Notes under the pieces: model-generated
Database searches by the model: none
What the model saw: the letters and a program-made list of their open reading frames with translations, nothing else
Told to the model about the DNA's origin: nothing
Shown: positions 13,985 to 24,987 of the stretch, one piece after another
How the letters are laid out: each line of letters starts with the position of its first letter
How positions within the stretch are numbered: position 1 is the first letter of the stretch
NCBI GenBank assembly: GCA_965249725.1
Contig: CBDFMQ010000002.1
Location: 1,568,001-1,632,000 of the forward strand
Direction: 5' to 3'
Length of the DNA stretch: 64,000 nt
DNA from: Longimicrobiales bacterium
GTDB lineage: Bacteria > Gemmatimonadota > Gemmatimonadetes > Longimicrobiales > Gaopeijiaceae
Program-made: the position numbers and the translations under genes

Positions 13985-15244
13985 CTACGCCCGTGCCGCC
14001 AATTCTTGATAGAGTGGGAACGATTGGCACATCTCGTCGATCTGGCCGCGGACGCTCTCGATCACTCCTTCGTCGGTCGGGTCGGCGAGCACGGTGGCAA
14101 TCCAATCGCCGATCTGCCGCATGTCGGATTCGCGAAGTCCCCGGGTCGTCACGGCAGACGTCCCGATGCGGAGTCCACAGGTGACGAACGGGGATCGGGT
14201 CTCGCCCGGCACGGTGTTCTTGTTCACCGTGATCCCCGCCGCCTCGAGAGCGTGCTCCGCCTCCTTGCCCGTGAGTTCTTCGTGGCTCTTGCGAAGATCC
14301 ACGAGTAGGAGGTGGTTGTCCGTGCCCCCACTGACCAGGAAGAAGCCGTGCTCCGAGAGGCTCTCGGCCAGAGCCCGTGCGTTCGCGACGATCTGGCGCT
14401 GGTAGCTCTTGAAGTCGGGCTGAAGCGCCTCCCTCAAGGCCACGGCCTTCGCTGCGATGATGTGCATCAGCGGCCCGCCCTGAGTGCCGGGGAAGACGGA
14501 CTTGTCGATGGTGCTGGCGTGCTCCTCCTTGCAGAGGATCAGGCCGCCCCTCGGTCCCCGCAGCGTCTTATGCGTGGTCGTGGTCACGACGTCGGAATGG
14601 GGAACCGGACTCGGGTGTACGTCCGCGGCGACCAGCCCCGCGATGTGGGCCATGTCCACCAACATCAGAGCATCCACCTCACGAGCGATCTCCCCGAACG
14701 TCTCGAAGTCGATGATGCGAGGATACGCACTCGCGCCGGCCACGATCATCTTCGGTCTGATCTCCAAGGCCTGCTCCCGAAGGGCATCATAGTCGATGCG
14801 CCCATCAGACTCCCGCACTCCGTATGCGGCGACCTCGAAGAGTCGGCCGCTGAAGTTCACCGGGGATCCGTGAGTCAGGTGACCACCGTGACTCAGGTTC
14901 ATGCCGAGGATGGTGTCTCCGGGATCGAGAAACGCGAAATAGGCGGCCATGTTCGCCTGGGCTCCGGAGTGCGCCTGGACGTTGGCGTGTTCGGCCCCGA
15001 AGAGTTCCTTGGCACGATCGCGGGCCAGCTCTTCGGCCACATCTACGTGTTCGCAGCCGCCGTAGTAGCGCTTGCCCGGAAGCCCTTCGGCATACTTGTT
15101 GGCCATCACCGTTCCCATCGCCTGGAGCACGGCTCGCGATACGAAGTTCTCGCTGGCGATGAGTTCGAGTTGCGAGGACTGACGCTCCGCCTCGGCTCGG
15201 ATGGCCTCGAAGATCTGGGGGTCTGTGCTTTTTAAGTGGTCCAT
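13985..15244 (-). CDS. glyA: Serine hydroxymethyltransferase
   Basis: [41 protein letters not shown]. Confidence 0.98.
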   Translation of the reverse strand: MDHLKSTDPQIFEAIRAEAERQSSQLELIASENFVSRAVLQAMGTVMANKYAEGLPGKRYYGGCEHVDVAEELARDRAKELFGAEHANVQAHSGAQANMAAYFAFLDPGDTILGMNLSHGGHLTHGSPVNFSGRLFEVAAYGVRESDGRIDYDALREQALEIRPKMIVAGASAYPRIIDFETFGEIAREVDALMLVDMAHIAGLVAADVHPSPVPHSDVVTTTTHKTLRGPRGGLILCKEEHASTIDKSVFPGTQGGPLMHIIAAKAVALREALQPDFKSYQRQIVANARALAESLSEHGFFLVSGGTDNHLLLVDLRKSHEELTGKEAEHALEAAGITVNKNTVPGETRSPFVTCGLRIGTSAVTTRGLRESDMRQIGDWIATVLADPTDEGVIESVRGQIDEMCQSFPLYQELAARA

Positions 15245-15291
15245 GGCGGCCGAAAGTACGGACGGAGTCGAGTTTGGGCCATACGGCCGTT

Positions 15292-16350
15292 CTAGATGTG
15301 GCTGCGCCGGAATTCTCGGGCTTCGCTGATGCGCTGCCGGGCGACCCGATCCGCCGCCTCGCTCGTCGGGATCTCCTCACCCTTGGCCCTGTTGAAGATC
15401 CGCAGGAGCGTGTCATAGATGGCGCCCGCCTTCTTCTTGCTCTGCTCGGGCGTCCAGCCCTGCAACTCGCCGTAGACGTTGCACAGGCCCCCAGCGTTGA
15501 TCACGTAGTCGGGCGCATACAGGATTCCCTGGTCGTGCAGCGCCTGCCCGTGACGCGCCTCAGCGAGCTGGTTGTTCGCGGCTCCGGCGACGATATCGAC
15601 CTTCAGCTCCTTAAGTGTGTCGTCGTTGATCACCGCGCCCAAGGCACAGGGGGCATACACATCGGCGTCCACCCCACACACGGCCTCAGCGCCGACCGCC
15701 GAGGCTCCGAACTCGTCCACAACCCGCTGAACGCGACCTTCGTCGATGTCGGTCACGGTGAGCTTGGCCCCGTCGGCGGCCAGATCTTCGCAGAGGTAGT
15801 ACCCTACGTGCCCCACGCCCTGGACGACGACGTGCTTGCCTTCGAGAGAATCGTCACCGTAGCGGAACTGGGCACACGCCTTGATGCCCCGGTAGACTCC
15901 GTACGCGGTGATCGGAGAGGGATCACCCGAGCCCTCCTTGAGTCCCGTCACCGAGCCGGTCTCCATTCGGACGTATTCCATATCGTCCACCGAGGTGCCG
16001 ACATCTTCGGCCGTGATATACCGGCCCTTGAGAGACTCCACCGCGCGTCCGTGAGCTCGGAAGATCATCTCCCGCTCCATGGTGCGGTTGTCACCGATGA
16101 TCACGGACTTGCCTCCACCGAGGTTCAAGCCGGTGATGGCGGCTTTGTACGTCATCCCTCGCGCGAGCCGCAACACGTCGGTCACGGCCTCCTCGTCAGA
16201 CGCGTAGTTCCAGAACCGTGTACCGCCCAGCGCCGGCCCCAGCGTGGTATCGTGGATGGCGATAAGCCCTCGGTACCCGATGGAAGGCTCACTCCAGAAC
16301 ACGAGCTGCTCATGGCCCCGCTTGGCCATCGCGTCAAATATTTCTATCAC
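15292..16350 (-). CDS. Leucine dehydrogenase (Glu/Leu/Phe/Val dehydrogenase family)
   Basis: [40 protein letters not shown]; start approximate. Confidence 0.93.
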   Translation of the reverse strand: MIEIFDAMAKRGHEQLVFWSEPSIGYRGLIAIHDTTLGPALGGTRFWNYASDEEAVTDVLRLARGMTYKAAITGLNLGGGKSVIIGDNRTMEREMIFRAHGRAVESLKGRYITAEDVGTSVDDMEYVRMETGSVTGLKEGSGDPSPITAYGVYRGIKACAQFRYGDDSLEGKHVVVQGVGHVGYYLCEDLAADGAKLTVTDIDEGRVQRVVDEFGASAVGAEAVCGVDADVYAPCALGAVINDDTLKELKVDIVAGAANNQLAEARHGQALHDQGILYAPDYVINAGGLCNVYGELQGWTPEQSKKKAGAIYDTLLRIFNRAKGEEIPTSEAADRVARQRISEAREFRRSHI

Positions 16351-16435
16351 TCCGTCGACCTCGTCATCGAGAGTTTCGGTTTCGCGGAGTCCGGGCATGC
16401 CGGACACCTATCGACCACAGGTATCAAGCCACGGG

Positions 16436-17689
16436 TCATGATCCGTTCCGTGCTTCCTTCAAGATCTCACGGGCCACCACGAGGCGCATGATCTCACTAG
16501 TACCCTCGTAGATCTCCGCGCCCTTCGCGTCCCGCATCAACTGCTCGACCGGGTAGTCTCGCATGTAACCATAGCCACCGAAGATCTGCACCGCCTCGTC
16601 GGCTACCCACATGGCGCTCTCACTGGCCGTCAGCTTCGCCATCGCCGCCATCACGGAAACGGACTCGGTACCTCGTCCGGCCCCGGTTCCGGCTCCGGTG
16701 CCTGCTCTGTGACCATCCGCCTCCATCTGCCCGGCGGCGGTATGGAGAAGCGACCGAGAAGCTGCAATGCGGCTCGCCATATCGGCAAGCTTGAACTGGA
16801 TCGCGCCGAACTCGGCTATGGCCTGTCCGAACTGGTGCCGCTCGGTCGCATACGTCGTCGCGTGCTCGAACGCCGCCTGTGCGATACCGACCGACTGGGC
16901 GCCGATCCCGAGGCGTCCCACATCGAGGGCTTCGAGCGCGTAGCCCAATCCCCGGGCCGGGTCGCCGAGCACCCGATCGCTCGCCACCGCCACGTCCGTC
17001 AACTCCACCGATACGGTCTGCGAGGCGCGCAACCCCATGGTGGTCTCTCGCCCTGCAACGGCATAACCCGCACTGCCAGGCTCCAGGAGAAACGCACCCA
17101 GGCGGCGCTCCGACCCAGCCCCAACCTCGTCCCCCGCCTCGTCCGCTCCCCCCTTCCCCCCCTCCGCGCCCCGGGTCGAGGCGAAGGCGACGACGAGGCC
17201 CGCACGGTCTCCGTTCGTGACCCAGCGCTTCGTTCCGTTGAGGGACCAACCGCCCCCGTCCGTGGGTGTGGCGTGCGTCTGGATGGAGGCCGCATCACTA
17301 CCCGAATCGGGCTCCGAGAGTGCGAAGGCGCCTAAGAGGGAGCCCGAGGCGAGGGCCGGCAAGAACGTCTGCTTCTGTTCCTCGGAACCGTGCTGGAGCA
17401 GCAGCGTCGTGACCGGCCCACTGTGGATCGCCACCGTCAACGCGAGGCTGGCGTCCCCCCACGCCAACTCTTCCAGCGCGAGGAGATACGTACCGAGGTC
17501 CAGCTCCAAACCGCCGTATCGCTCCGGCACGCGCATCCCCAGAAACCCGAGCTCTCCGAGCTTCCCGAAGATCTCTTCGTCGAGGTCCCCTGATTGGTCC
17601 CAACGGGCGGCAAAAGGACGGACCTCTCCCTCCGCGAAGTCCCGGGCCAAAGCCCGGATCTCGAGGGCCTCAGATGTGAACGGGCTCAA
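16436..17689 (-). CDS. Acyl-CoA dehydrogenase
   Basis: FALSEPDSGSDA, LNGTKRWVTNG, QIFGGYGY, IYEGTSEI. Confidence 0.95.
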   Translation of the reverse strand: MSPFTSEALEIRALARDFAEGEVRPFAARWDQSGDLDEEIFGKLGELGFLGMRVPERYGGLELDLGTYLLALEELAWGDASLALTVAIHSGPVTTLLLQHGSEEQKQTFLPALASGSLLGAFALSEPDSGSDAASIQTHATPTDGGGWSLNGTKRWVTNGDRAGLVVAFASTRGAEGGKGGADEAGDEVGAGSERRLGAFLLEPGSAGYAVAGRETTMGLRASQTVSVELTDVAVASDRVLGDPARGLGYALEALDVGRLGIGAQSVGIAQAAFEHATTYATERHQFGQAIAEFGAIQFKLADMASRIAASRSLLHTAAGQMEADGHRAGTGAGTGAGRGTESVSVMAAMAKLTASESAMWVADEAVQIFGGYGYMRDYPVEQLMRDAKGAEIYEGTSEIMRLVVAREILKEARNGS

Positions 17690-17691
17690 GG

Positions 17692-18549
17692 TCAGGCGTC
17701 GTACTCGTAGAAGCCCCGACCCGTCTTCCTACCCAGCCACCCCGCCGCGACGTACTTGCGAAGAAGGGGGCACGGACGGTACCGGTCGTCCCCAAGCTCC
17801 CGGTGCAGGACCTCCATGATGCTGAGACACGTGTCCAGGCCGATGAGATCGGCAAGCGCCAAGGGGCCCATAGGGTGGTTCATTCCGAGCTTCATCACGT
17901 CGTCGATCGCCGCCACTCCCGCGACGCCCTCCATGAGGGCGAAGACGGCTTCGTTGATCATGGGCCCGAGAATCCGGTTCGAGACGAACCCGGGAAAGTC
18001 GTTCACCTCCACGGGTGTCTTGCCCAGCTCCTCGGACAATCCGACGACCGCCGCCGTCGTGTCATCACTCGTGGCGAGACCCCGGATGATCTCGACGAGC
18101 TTCATGACCGGCACAGGGTTCATGAAGTGCATCCCGATGACTTTGTCCGCCCGCCCTGTCACCGCCGCGATGGCCGTAATGGAAATGGACGACGTGTTGC
18201 TGGCCAGGATGGTATCGGGTGCCGTCCTCTCATCCAGGCGTCGGAACAGGTCGTACTTGAGTTCGGCCTTCTCCGGCACCGCCTCGACCACCAGCTGCGC
18301 ACCCTCTACCGCTTTCTCCAGCGACGTGGTGGTCCCGATCCGTCCGAGCGTCTCGTTCCGGGCCGCCTCGTCGATGATCTCCTTCTTGACCTGCCGATCC
18401 AGGTTCTTCGAGATCGTAGCGAGGGCACCGTCCAGCACTTCTTGGGACACATCGGTGAGCTGCACGTCGCGGCCCTGCTGGGCACACACGTGGGCGATCC
18501 CGTTGCCCATGGTACCGCCACCGATCACCGTGATCTTATCTATGGTCAT
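17692..18549 (-). CDS. hbd: 3-hydroxybutyryl-CoA dehydrogenase
   Basis: [44 protein letters not shown]. Confidence 0.95.
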   Translation of the reverse strand: MTIDKITVIGGGTMGNGIAHVCAQQGRDVQLTDVSQEVLDGALATISKNLDRQVKKEIIDEAARNETLGRIGTTTSLEKAVEGAQLVVEAVPEKAELKYDLFRRLDERTAPDTILASNTSSISITAIAAVTGRADKVIGMHFMNPVPVMKLVEIIRGLATSDDTTAAVVGLSEELGKTPVEVNDFPGFVSNRILGPMINEAVFALMEGVAGVAAIDDVMKLGMNHPMGPLALADLIGLDTCLSIMEVLHRELGDDRYRPCPLLRKYVAAGWLGRKTGRGFYEYDA

Positions 18550-18584
18550 GCCGTCCTCGGCTTTCAGAGTCGTTGGTACCAGCC

Positions 18585-19796
18585 CTATGACTTCTCGACG
18601 GAAAGGGCCACCGCGTTCCCGCCTCCGAGGCAGAGCGAGGCCATGCCCGACTCGACGCCCCGATCGTCCATCGCGTTCAGCAGGGTCACCAGAATCCGCG
18701 CACCGGAGGCACCGATGGGGTGTCCCAGCGCGACCGCTCCGCCGTTCACGTTCACCCGGTCCGGATCGACCTCCAGCGCCCTCATGTCGGCCAACGCCTG
18801 CACCGCAAAGGCCTCGTTGAGCTCGTAGAGCCCGTAGTCGTCCACCGTTTTCCCCTCCTTGCCCATGAGGTTCTGCACGGCAGTAATCGGGGCGAAGAAG
18901 AGATCTTGTGGCTCGGTCCCACTTGATGCGTAGCCGGAGATGGTCGCTTGGACGGACAGTCCGTGAGCCTCTGCGAACTCCAGCGAGGTCACAACGAGCG
19001 CCGCGGCGCCGTCGTTGAGTCCCGGAGCATTACCGGCCGTCACAACCAGCTCGTCGAGTCCCTCTGGGGCGTCCTTGGGGAACGCCGGACGGAGCTTGCC
19101 CAACGCCTCCAGCGTCGACTCCCGTCGCGGCGACTCGTCGGTGTCCACCACCGTGGTGCCGCGACGGGTCTCGATCGAGACCGGAACGATCTCGGTGTCG
19201 AACTTGCCGGCGTCCATCGCCGCTACGGCCAGCGTGTGCGAGCGGAGGGAGAACTCGTCGGCATCTTGCCGGGAGATTCCTGCCTTCGCGGCCGTGTATT
19301 CCGCGTGGCCCCCCATGTGACAGTGGCCGAAGGCACACCACAGACCATCCAAAATGAGCCCGTCCTCGACCTTCTGATCTCCGAACTTCACCCCGGATCG
19401 GAGCCCCCTGACGTAGAACGGGACGTTCGACATGGACTCCATGCCCCCCGCGACCACGGCTTGCGCATCGCCGGCGCGAACGGCCTGTGCCGCGAGCATC
19501 ACGGCTTTCAGCCCCGAGCCGCAGACCTTGTTGATCGTCATGGCCGGCACGGTAGCGGGAATGCCCGCTCCGATGGCCGCCTGACGGGCGGGAGCCTGGC
19601 CTTCGCCGGCCACCACCACATTGCCCATGATGACTTCGTCGATGGCGTTGACATCTATTGCAGAGCGCTTCACCGCGGCGCTGATGGCCACCGCACCCAA
19701 CTCGGGAGCGGACAGGGGGCCGAGCCCACCGAGAAAGCGGCCGATGGGGGTCCGGGCTCCGTCGACGATTACCGGAATTCTCGCTCTATCGCTCAT
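18585..19796 (-). CDS. Acetyl-CoA C-acetyltransferase (thiolase)
   Basis: [32 protein letters not shown]. Confidence 0.96.
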   Translation of the reverse strand: MSDRARIPVIVDGARTPIGRFLGGLGPLSAPELGAVAISAAVKRSAIDVNAIDEVIMGNVVVAGEGQAPARQAAIGAGIPATVPAMTINKVCGSGLKAVMLAAQAVRAGDAQAVVAGGMESMSNVPFYVRGLRSGVKFGDQKVEDGLILDGLWCAFGHCHMGGHAEYTAAKAGISRQDADEFSLRSHTLAVAAMDAGKFDTEIVPVSIETRRGTTVVDTDESPRRESTLEALGKLRPAFPKDAPEGLDELVVTAGNAPGLNDGAAALVVTSLEFAEAHGLSVQATISGYASSGTEPQDLFFAPITAVQNLMGKEGKTVDDYGLYELNEAFAVQALADMRALEVDPDRVNVNGGAVALGHPIGASGARILVTLLNAMDDRGVESGMASLCLGGGNAVALSVEKS

Positions 19797-19996
19797 GAAC
19801 GCATCGCTTCTTCAGGAGTCTCATGTATCCGGCCGTCGGCCGGACACCGGCCGGCTGTCAGCCGGACACCGGCCGACCGGCAGCCGGGGCAGCACAGTAA
19901 TTTATCGAGATTTCGTGGCAGGCACAGGCGTCCAGGCGTGCTCTCTCAGCGATCGGACGAGCGACCGCGCAGACCCGGAGTCCCCGGATCTCGGAT

Positions 19997-20845
19997 TCAC
20001 CAAACCCCGTCGGGACTCGGGTCCAAGAGGGAGAGTTGCTGCCCCTGCCGAGGCCGCGATGTCGGGCGCCGCTTACGCAGGAAGGACTTCAGGGACTCTA
20101 GGTCCGTCACGCCCTGAATGCCGGCCTCATCAATCAGTCTCAACAGAACACGGGCGGTCGCCAGAGCGTCCCCGTGTGCCCGGTGGCGGTGCGTGATCTC
20201 GATGTCGAAATGTCGGGCCACCGCATCCAGATTCCGACGTCTCAGGCGAGGCACGATGCGGCGAACCATACGAACGGTGCAGAGTCGCTCCACTCGTGGC
20301 ACCTCGCCGATGGATTCGGCCAGTTGTTGGCTCACGAACCCCCAGTCGAAGCGTACATTGTGCGCGACGAAGATCCGACCCTCCAGGCGCTCGAGGATGT
20401 CCGGCGCGATCTGATCAAAGTATGGCGCGGGAGACACCATGTCGTTGGAGATTCCGGTGAGCACTTCAATCCGGGGAGGGATCATCCGGCCCGGATTGAC
20501 CAACGTGTGGTACTCGTCGGCCACGACTCCATCTCGCACTACGTAGATGGCGATTTCCGTGATCCGATGACCGCGACGATAGGGCCCGCCGGTCGTCTCC
20601 ACATCCACGACCGCATACTCCAATTGGGCGAGCGGTGCGCCGGGACGGGGCCCTCGGAAGGACCAGAGTCCCTCTTTGTCCACGTGGAAACGGGCATCCG
20701 TACCAAGGAGGGTGAAGACGGCGGCCGAGGCGGCACCCGGATGCCCGCAGAGACCCAGGACCTCCTTCGCCAAGTCCAGCGTGTGCGTGGAACCGCCCTC
20801 CAGGACCGAGGCGGCTCGGTTGATCAGGGCTCGGTCTCCCCTCAC
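19997..20845 (-). CDS. DEDDh 3'-5' exonuclease (DnaQ/epsilon-like) with N-terminal extension
   Basis: VDVETTG, AHNVRFD, HRAHGDA; C-terminal QLSLL. Confidence 0.9.
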   Translation of the reverse strand: MRGDRALINRAASVLEGGSTHTLDLAKEVLGLCGHPGAASAAVFTLLGTDARFHVDKEGLWSFRGPRPGAPLAQLEYAVVDVETTGGPYRRGHRITEIAIYVVRDGVVADEYHTLVNPGRMIPPRIEVLTGISNDMVSPAPYFDQIAPDILERLEGRIFVAHNVRFDWGFVSQQLAESIGEVPRVERLCTVRMVRRIVPRLRRRNLDAVARHFDIEITHRHRAHGDALATARVLLRLIDEAGIQGVTDLESLKSFLRKRRPTSRPRQGQQLSLLDPSPDGVW

Positions 20846-21483
20846 TCCTCCCCTTCTTCCCGACTCAACGCGAAGGAGAGCGCTTCGAGCTCCATGACCA
20901 TGTTCACGTCTTTCACCGTTACACCCACGGGGACTCTCAGCGTGGTGGGGGCGAAGTTCAGAATACCGCGTACCCCCGCATCGGTGACCCGATCCATGAC
21001 CACCGGAACAGCCTCCACCGGCACCGCGAGGATGACGATCTCGATATCCCGCTCTCGCACGATGGTCTCGAAATCGGCGATGTCACGCACCGTCAGGTCC
21101 GCCCATCGCTCACCGACCTTCGAGGGATCCACGTCGAGGATAGCGACGATATCGTAGCCGCGTTCCTGGAATCCACCGTATTCGACGAGCGCCGAGCCGA
21201 TACGCCCGACACCGACCAGAGCTACCCGCCACCGCCGATCGAGTCCGAGGATGGTGCGGATGCGCCCCCCCAACTCAGCCACGCCATACCCGAGCCCTCG
21301 CTTGCCGAAAGACCCGAACAGTGAAAGGTCCTTCCGCACCTGCGCGGCCGTGGTATCACTGTGCTTGGCCAACTGCTCGCTGGATACAGTTGCCTCACCG
21401 TCCAGCTCGAGATTCTCCAGTATTCGGAGATAGAGCGACAATCGACGGACGGCTGATTCGGAAATCTTCTTCGATACGGACAC
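20842..21483 (-). CDS. rex: Redox-sensing transcriptional repressor Rex
   Basis: RRLSLYLR, QVRKDLSLFGSFGKRGLGY, VGVGRIGSAL, GILNFAP. Confidence 0.97.
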   Translation of the reverse strand: MSVSKKISESAVRRLSLYLRILENLELDGEATVSSEQLAKHSDTTAAQVRKDLSLFGSFGKRGLGYGVAELGGRIRTILGLDRRWRVALVGVGRIGSALVEYGGFQERGYDIVAILDVDPSKVGERWADLTVRDIADFETIVRERDIEIVILAVPVEAVPVVMDRVTDAGVRGILNFAPTTLRVPVGVTVKDVNMVMELEALSFALSREEGEE

Positions 21484-21517
21484 GTGGGAATCCGGTTAAA
21501 CCCTGCCACACCCCGGC

Positions 21518-21535
21518 TTGTGAAAAGCTTCACAA
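21518..21535. promoter_or_regulatory. Rex operator (TTGTGAA-N4-TTCACAA)
   Basis: TTGTGAAAAGCTTCACAA, perfect inverted repeat 34 bp upstream of the rex start. Confidence 0.9.
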
Positions 21536-21564
21536 TATTAGGCCGAGGGGGCGGGAAGCGTCAA
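21535..21564 (-). promoter_or_regulatory. Sigma70-type promoter of rex
   Basis: TTGACG (21564-21559)-N18-TAATAT (21540-21535). Confidence 0.65.
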
Positions 21565-22361
21565 ACTCGCCCGGTAAGAAGCTTGGACAGACGTACGAAG
21601 TCTTCCGGCTCGAGCGTCTCGGGCCTGCGCGTAAGATCCCAGCCCGTCTCGCGAGCGATCCGATCCACCGAGTCTCTGGAGAGGCCGAGGTCGCCGTGCT
21701 CGCGGAGCGTCTTCTGCAGCTGCTTTCGACGCCACTGGAAGGCCGCCCGGGTCAGGTCGCGGAGAGCGGTCTCCTCCTCGAGGGACAGCGGTGCAGGGAC
21801 AGTGGGCGTGATTCGGACGACGCTGGAGTCCACGCGGGGCTGGGGTCGAAAGGCCGTCCGCGGCACCCGAAGCACGCTCTCCACTGCGGCGACGCTCCTG
21901 ACGCCCACCGACAGCGCTCCGTATTCCGTGGTTCCCGCCGGTGCCACGAGGCGGTCGGCCACCTCGCGCTGCACCATCAACAGGATGTCTCGCGGTCGGG
22001 GACGTTCCAGGAGCTTGAAAATGATGGGAGCGGTGATGTTGTAGGGGATGTTGCCGACCACGAGCAGATCCGATGGATCCTCGGAGACCGTCTCGAGGTC
22101 CGTCTTCAGAAAGTCCTCGTGTCGGACCTCCACATCGGGCCGAATACCCCACTCGGCCTCCAGCGTCGCGGCGAGCGCGTCGTCCAACTCGACCATGATG
22201 AGTCGGCCCACCCGACCCACGAGGTGACGCGTCAACGCTCCGCGACCGGGCCCGATCTCCAGGAGCGTATCGCCCGGCGTGGGATCCACGGCCTCTACGA
22301 TCTTGCGCTGCAGATTCGGATCGACGAGAAAGTTCTGTCCGAGAGATTTCTTCGCACGCAT
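21561..22361 (-). CDS. rsmA: 16S rRNA m6,2A dimethyltransferase RsmA/KsgA
   Basis: KKSLGQNFL, EIGPGRGALT, GNIPYNIT, FRPQPRVDS. Confidence 0.97.
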   Translation of the reverse strand: MRAKKSLGQNFLVDPNLQRKIVEAVDPTPGDTLLEIGPGRGALTRHLVGRVGRLIMVELDDALAATLEAEWGIRPDVEVRHEDFLKTDLETVSEDPSDLLVVGNIPYNITAPIIFKLLERPRPRDILLMVQREVADRLVAPAGTTEYGALSVGVRSVAAVESVLRVPRTAFRPQPRVDSSVVRITPTVPAPLSLEEETALRDLTRAAFQWRRKQLQKTLREHGDLGLSRDSVDRIARETGWDLTRRPETLEPEDFVRLSKLLTGRV

Positions 22362-22403
22362 CGGAATGGAGCGGCTAGGCCAGCAGACTTCTGGGACGGA
22401 ACA

Positions 22404-24020
22404 CTAGGTCCTCAGAACGAGCGCGGTCCGGTCGTCTGCCGGTGTGTACGGGGTCGCGGCCTCGGCCAAGTCGAACAAGGTGTCGACGATCTGGGCCGGC
22501 GACGCGCCCCCTGCCGCGGTGACGGCATCGAGAACCGCGGCCTCACCGCTCCCCGGTTCCTCGGTGGCCAACGTGTCGGACAGTCCGTCCGTGAAGAGCA
22601 GTAGCAGATCTCCGGCGGTCCAATCGGCTCGGCCCCTGACGTAGGACTCGGGTCCGGCAAAGCCCACCGGTGGATCGGTGGCGACCAGGCGCTCGGGATC
22701 CTGGCCATCCCGAAATACGAAGGCATGAGGGTGGCCCGCGTTGGAGTAGCGCAGCTTACCGGCCTTCGGATCGATGACCACGTAGCAGAGGCTCAAGAAC
22801 ATCTCCGTGGTCTCGAGCTCGTCGCTGAGCGCGTCGTCCATCTTCCCGAGCACCACAGACGGGTCGGGCGACTCGAGAGCGTAGATGCTCGCCGCGCTCA
22901 TCGACAACGCCATGATCAGCGCCGCCGGAAACCCGTGCGTCGAAACGTCACCGATCATCACGCCGATCTTACCCTTCTTAAGCTTGAAGAGATGGAAAAA
23001 ATCTCCACCCACCTGCTCGGCCGAAGCCACTCGAGCGGCGACATCCGCTCCGTCGAACGTATCCGGAGACTTGAGGAGCTTCATCTGGAGATGATGCGCG
23101 AGTTCCATCTCGTGGCTCATGCGCTCCTGGGCCAAGCTCTCCTGGATCAGTCGGTTGTTCTCCAGCGCAGCACCGATCTGGCTGGCTATGGCGGACAGGA
23201 GCTTTTCGTCACGCAGCGCGAAGGGGTCGCCTCTCCCACGTCCAAACAGATTGATGACGCCAACCGTACGAGCCTCACCGGACGGTGGGCTGTAGCTGAT
23301 GGGCACCGAGATATCGGTCGTGTCCGCTCCGTTCCCCCGTCCATCCGGATCGCGGCTGCCGATCCGGGACCGTCCTTGCTCGAACACCTGAGAAGTGACG
23401 CTATCCGGATGACGGACGGGAGGCGCGTCGTCGGGAGACCGGTCGTCCGAGGACGGGTCGCCGAGAGACGGGTCGTCGGACGCCTTGCTCCCTACAGCAG
23501 CGATCAGATTGAGAACGCTGGTCTTCTGGTCGTGCACCCAGAGCGTCCCGCGCGCGGCCCCCAACACATCACACACTTCCATCAAGATCGCCTTGGCGGC
23601 TTTGTCGAGTTCGAGGACCGACCCGAGAGTCTCGCTGATGGAATAGAGTAGGTTGATCTCCTCGTACCGTTCCTTCAGTTCATCCGTGAAGAAGTCGATC
23701 TCTCGGGCGATGTCCAATCCGCGCTCGACGTTGGTCTGGAGGATCGAGGCCAGCGGTTCGAGCGGCTCGTCGCCGGAGGGTCGCAACTCGAGGTCCAACT
23801 CGGGTCCGTTCCTGGGGGAGATTCGCTTCACGACCGCGCCGTCCGATGGCGTGAGGTCTTCAGGGGTTTGCGAATCCGAGGGGTAGAGATGACCGGCCCT
23901 GGTGCCGTCCTCCTCGACCGCCCAGAGGTGCACGTCGAGGCCGAGTTGCACACGGAATTCGTCCAGGGTTTGTTCGACCGGGACAGGAAGGACTGGGCCA
24001 GGCCCGCCTTCCGGGGTCAT
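22404..24020 (-). CDS. GAF domain + SpoIIE/PP2C phosphatase (RsbU-like)
   Basis: GAF-like segment ending ASQIGAALEN; VGGDFF, GDVSTHG, NAGHP, FTDGL, DDRT. Confidence 0.92.
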   Translation of the reverse strand: MTPEGGPGPVLPVPVEQTLDEFRVQLGLDVHLWAVEEDGTRAGHLYPSDSQTPEDLTPSDGAVVKRISPRNGPELDLELRPSGDEPLEPLASILQTNVERGLDIAREIDFFTDELKERYEEINLLYSISETLGSVLELDKAAKAILMEVCDVLGAARGTLWVHDQKTSVLNLIAAVGSKASDDPSLGDPSSDDRSPDDAPPVRHPDSVTSQVFEQGRSRIGSRDPDGRGNGADTTDISVPISYSPPSGEARTVGVINLFGRGRGDPFALRDEKLLSAIASQIGAALENNRLIQESLAQERMSHEMELAHHLQMKLLKSPDTFDGADVAARVASAEQVGGDFFHLFKLKKGKIGVMIGDVSTHGFPAALIMALSMSAASIYALESPDPSVVLGKMDDALSDELETTEMFLSLCYVVIDPKAGKLRYSNAGHPHAFVFRDGQDPERLVATDPPVGFAGPESYVRGRADWTAGDLLLLFTDGLSDTLATEEPGSGEAAVLDAVTAAGGASPAQIVDTLFDLAEAATPYTPADDRTALVLRT

Positions 24021-24460
24021 GCCGAGGCCCCTCCCGCGAGGTCGGGGCTCCGCTCCTCCAGACGTAGGATAAGCGTGACCGAGTTCCCCTCTTCGTTGAA
24101 CTGGACGTCGTCCATCAACGATCTCATGAGGAAGATGCCGCGGCCACCGGGCTTGGTGAGGTTGGCCGGAAGCGTGGGGTCTGGCACGGTGGTGTGATCG
24201 AACCCGTGGCCCTGATCGGTCACCCGAGCCGTCACCTCTTCCTCACAAACCGTCACCTCGACCCGGACGCGCTTTCCCGGATCACGGTCGTTGCCGTACA
24301 ACATGGCGTTGGACAAGGCCTCACTCAGGCCGACTCGGAAGTTCAGATTCAGCTTGCGCGCGTAGGAGCAGCAACCCGAGCAATGCTCCATCACGTACTC
24401 AACCGCGTGCTCGATGGACCGAATGTCGTTCGGTAGCTCGAGAATGAGTTCTTGATCCAC
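24017..24460 (-). CDS. Anti-sigma factor / Ser kinase (RsbW-like)
   Basis: EALSNAMLYG N-box, DQGHGFD, GGRGIFLM. Confidence 0.9.
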   Translation of the reverse strand: MDQELILELPNDIRSIEHAVEYVMEHCSGCCSYARKLNLNFRVGLSEALSNAMLYGNDRDPGKRVRVEVTVCEEEVTARVTDQGHGFDHTTVPDPTLPANLTKPGGRGIFLMRSLMDDVQFNEEGNSVTLILRLEERSPDLAGGASA

Positions 24461-24502
24461 TCTTTACCCTCGTCGAGGGGTCGGCTTACCTGCGGGAGCT
24501 AC

Positions 24503-24835
24503 CTACAGACCTGTCAGGGCCTCATCGCGGCTGTCAGCGATCTTGAAGAGCGTGTCGAGCTTGGTGAGCTCGAAGAGCGTGCGAAGATCCTCATTGAGGC
24601 TGGCAAGACGGAGTTCACCGCCTTGCTCGCGGATCTTCGTGGAGAGGGAGACCAGAACGCCCAATCCGGAGGAATCGATGTAGCCCGTGCTGGAGAAGTC
24701 TACGACGAACTTCCGTTCGCCCCCCTCGAGCTCATCGAGGACTTTCTGCTTCAGTTCCTGGCGATTTCCGACGATGAGCTGGCCTTCAACATCGATGACC
24801 GTCACGTCGCCCGACTTGCTCACCTGAAATGCCAT
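24503..24835 (-). CDS. STAS anti-sigma factor antagonist (RsbV/SpoIIAA-like)
   Basis: YIDSSGLGVL phospho-Ser motif, LFELTKLD. Confidence 0.93.
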   Translation of the reverse strand: MAFQVSKSGDVTVIDVEGQLIVGNRQELKQKVLDELEGGERKFVVDFSSTGYIDSSGLGVLVSLSTKIREQGGELRLASLNEDLRTLFELTKLDTLFKIADSRDEALTGL

Positions 24836-24987
24836 TGTGCCTCCGTTTACGGTTTCCGTACTCTAGCTACGCTCAGGGCTTCACGGGCGCACGGAGCTAA
24901 AGGGAACGGGAAAACGATATAGGAAAACGCCCCGGTGGGGCAATACTCCCGATAACCGGCGCCTGAGGGCAGCCAATCGGGGCCGCC

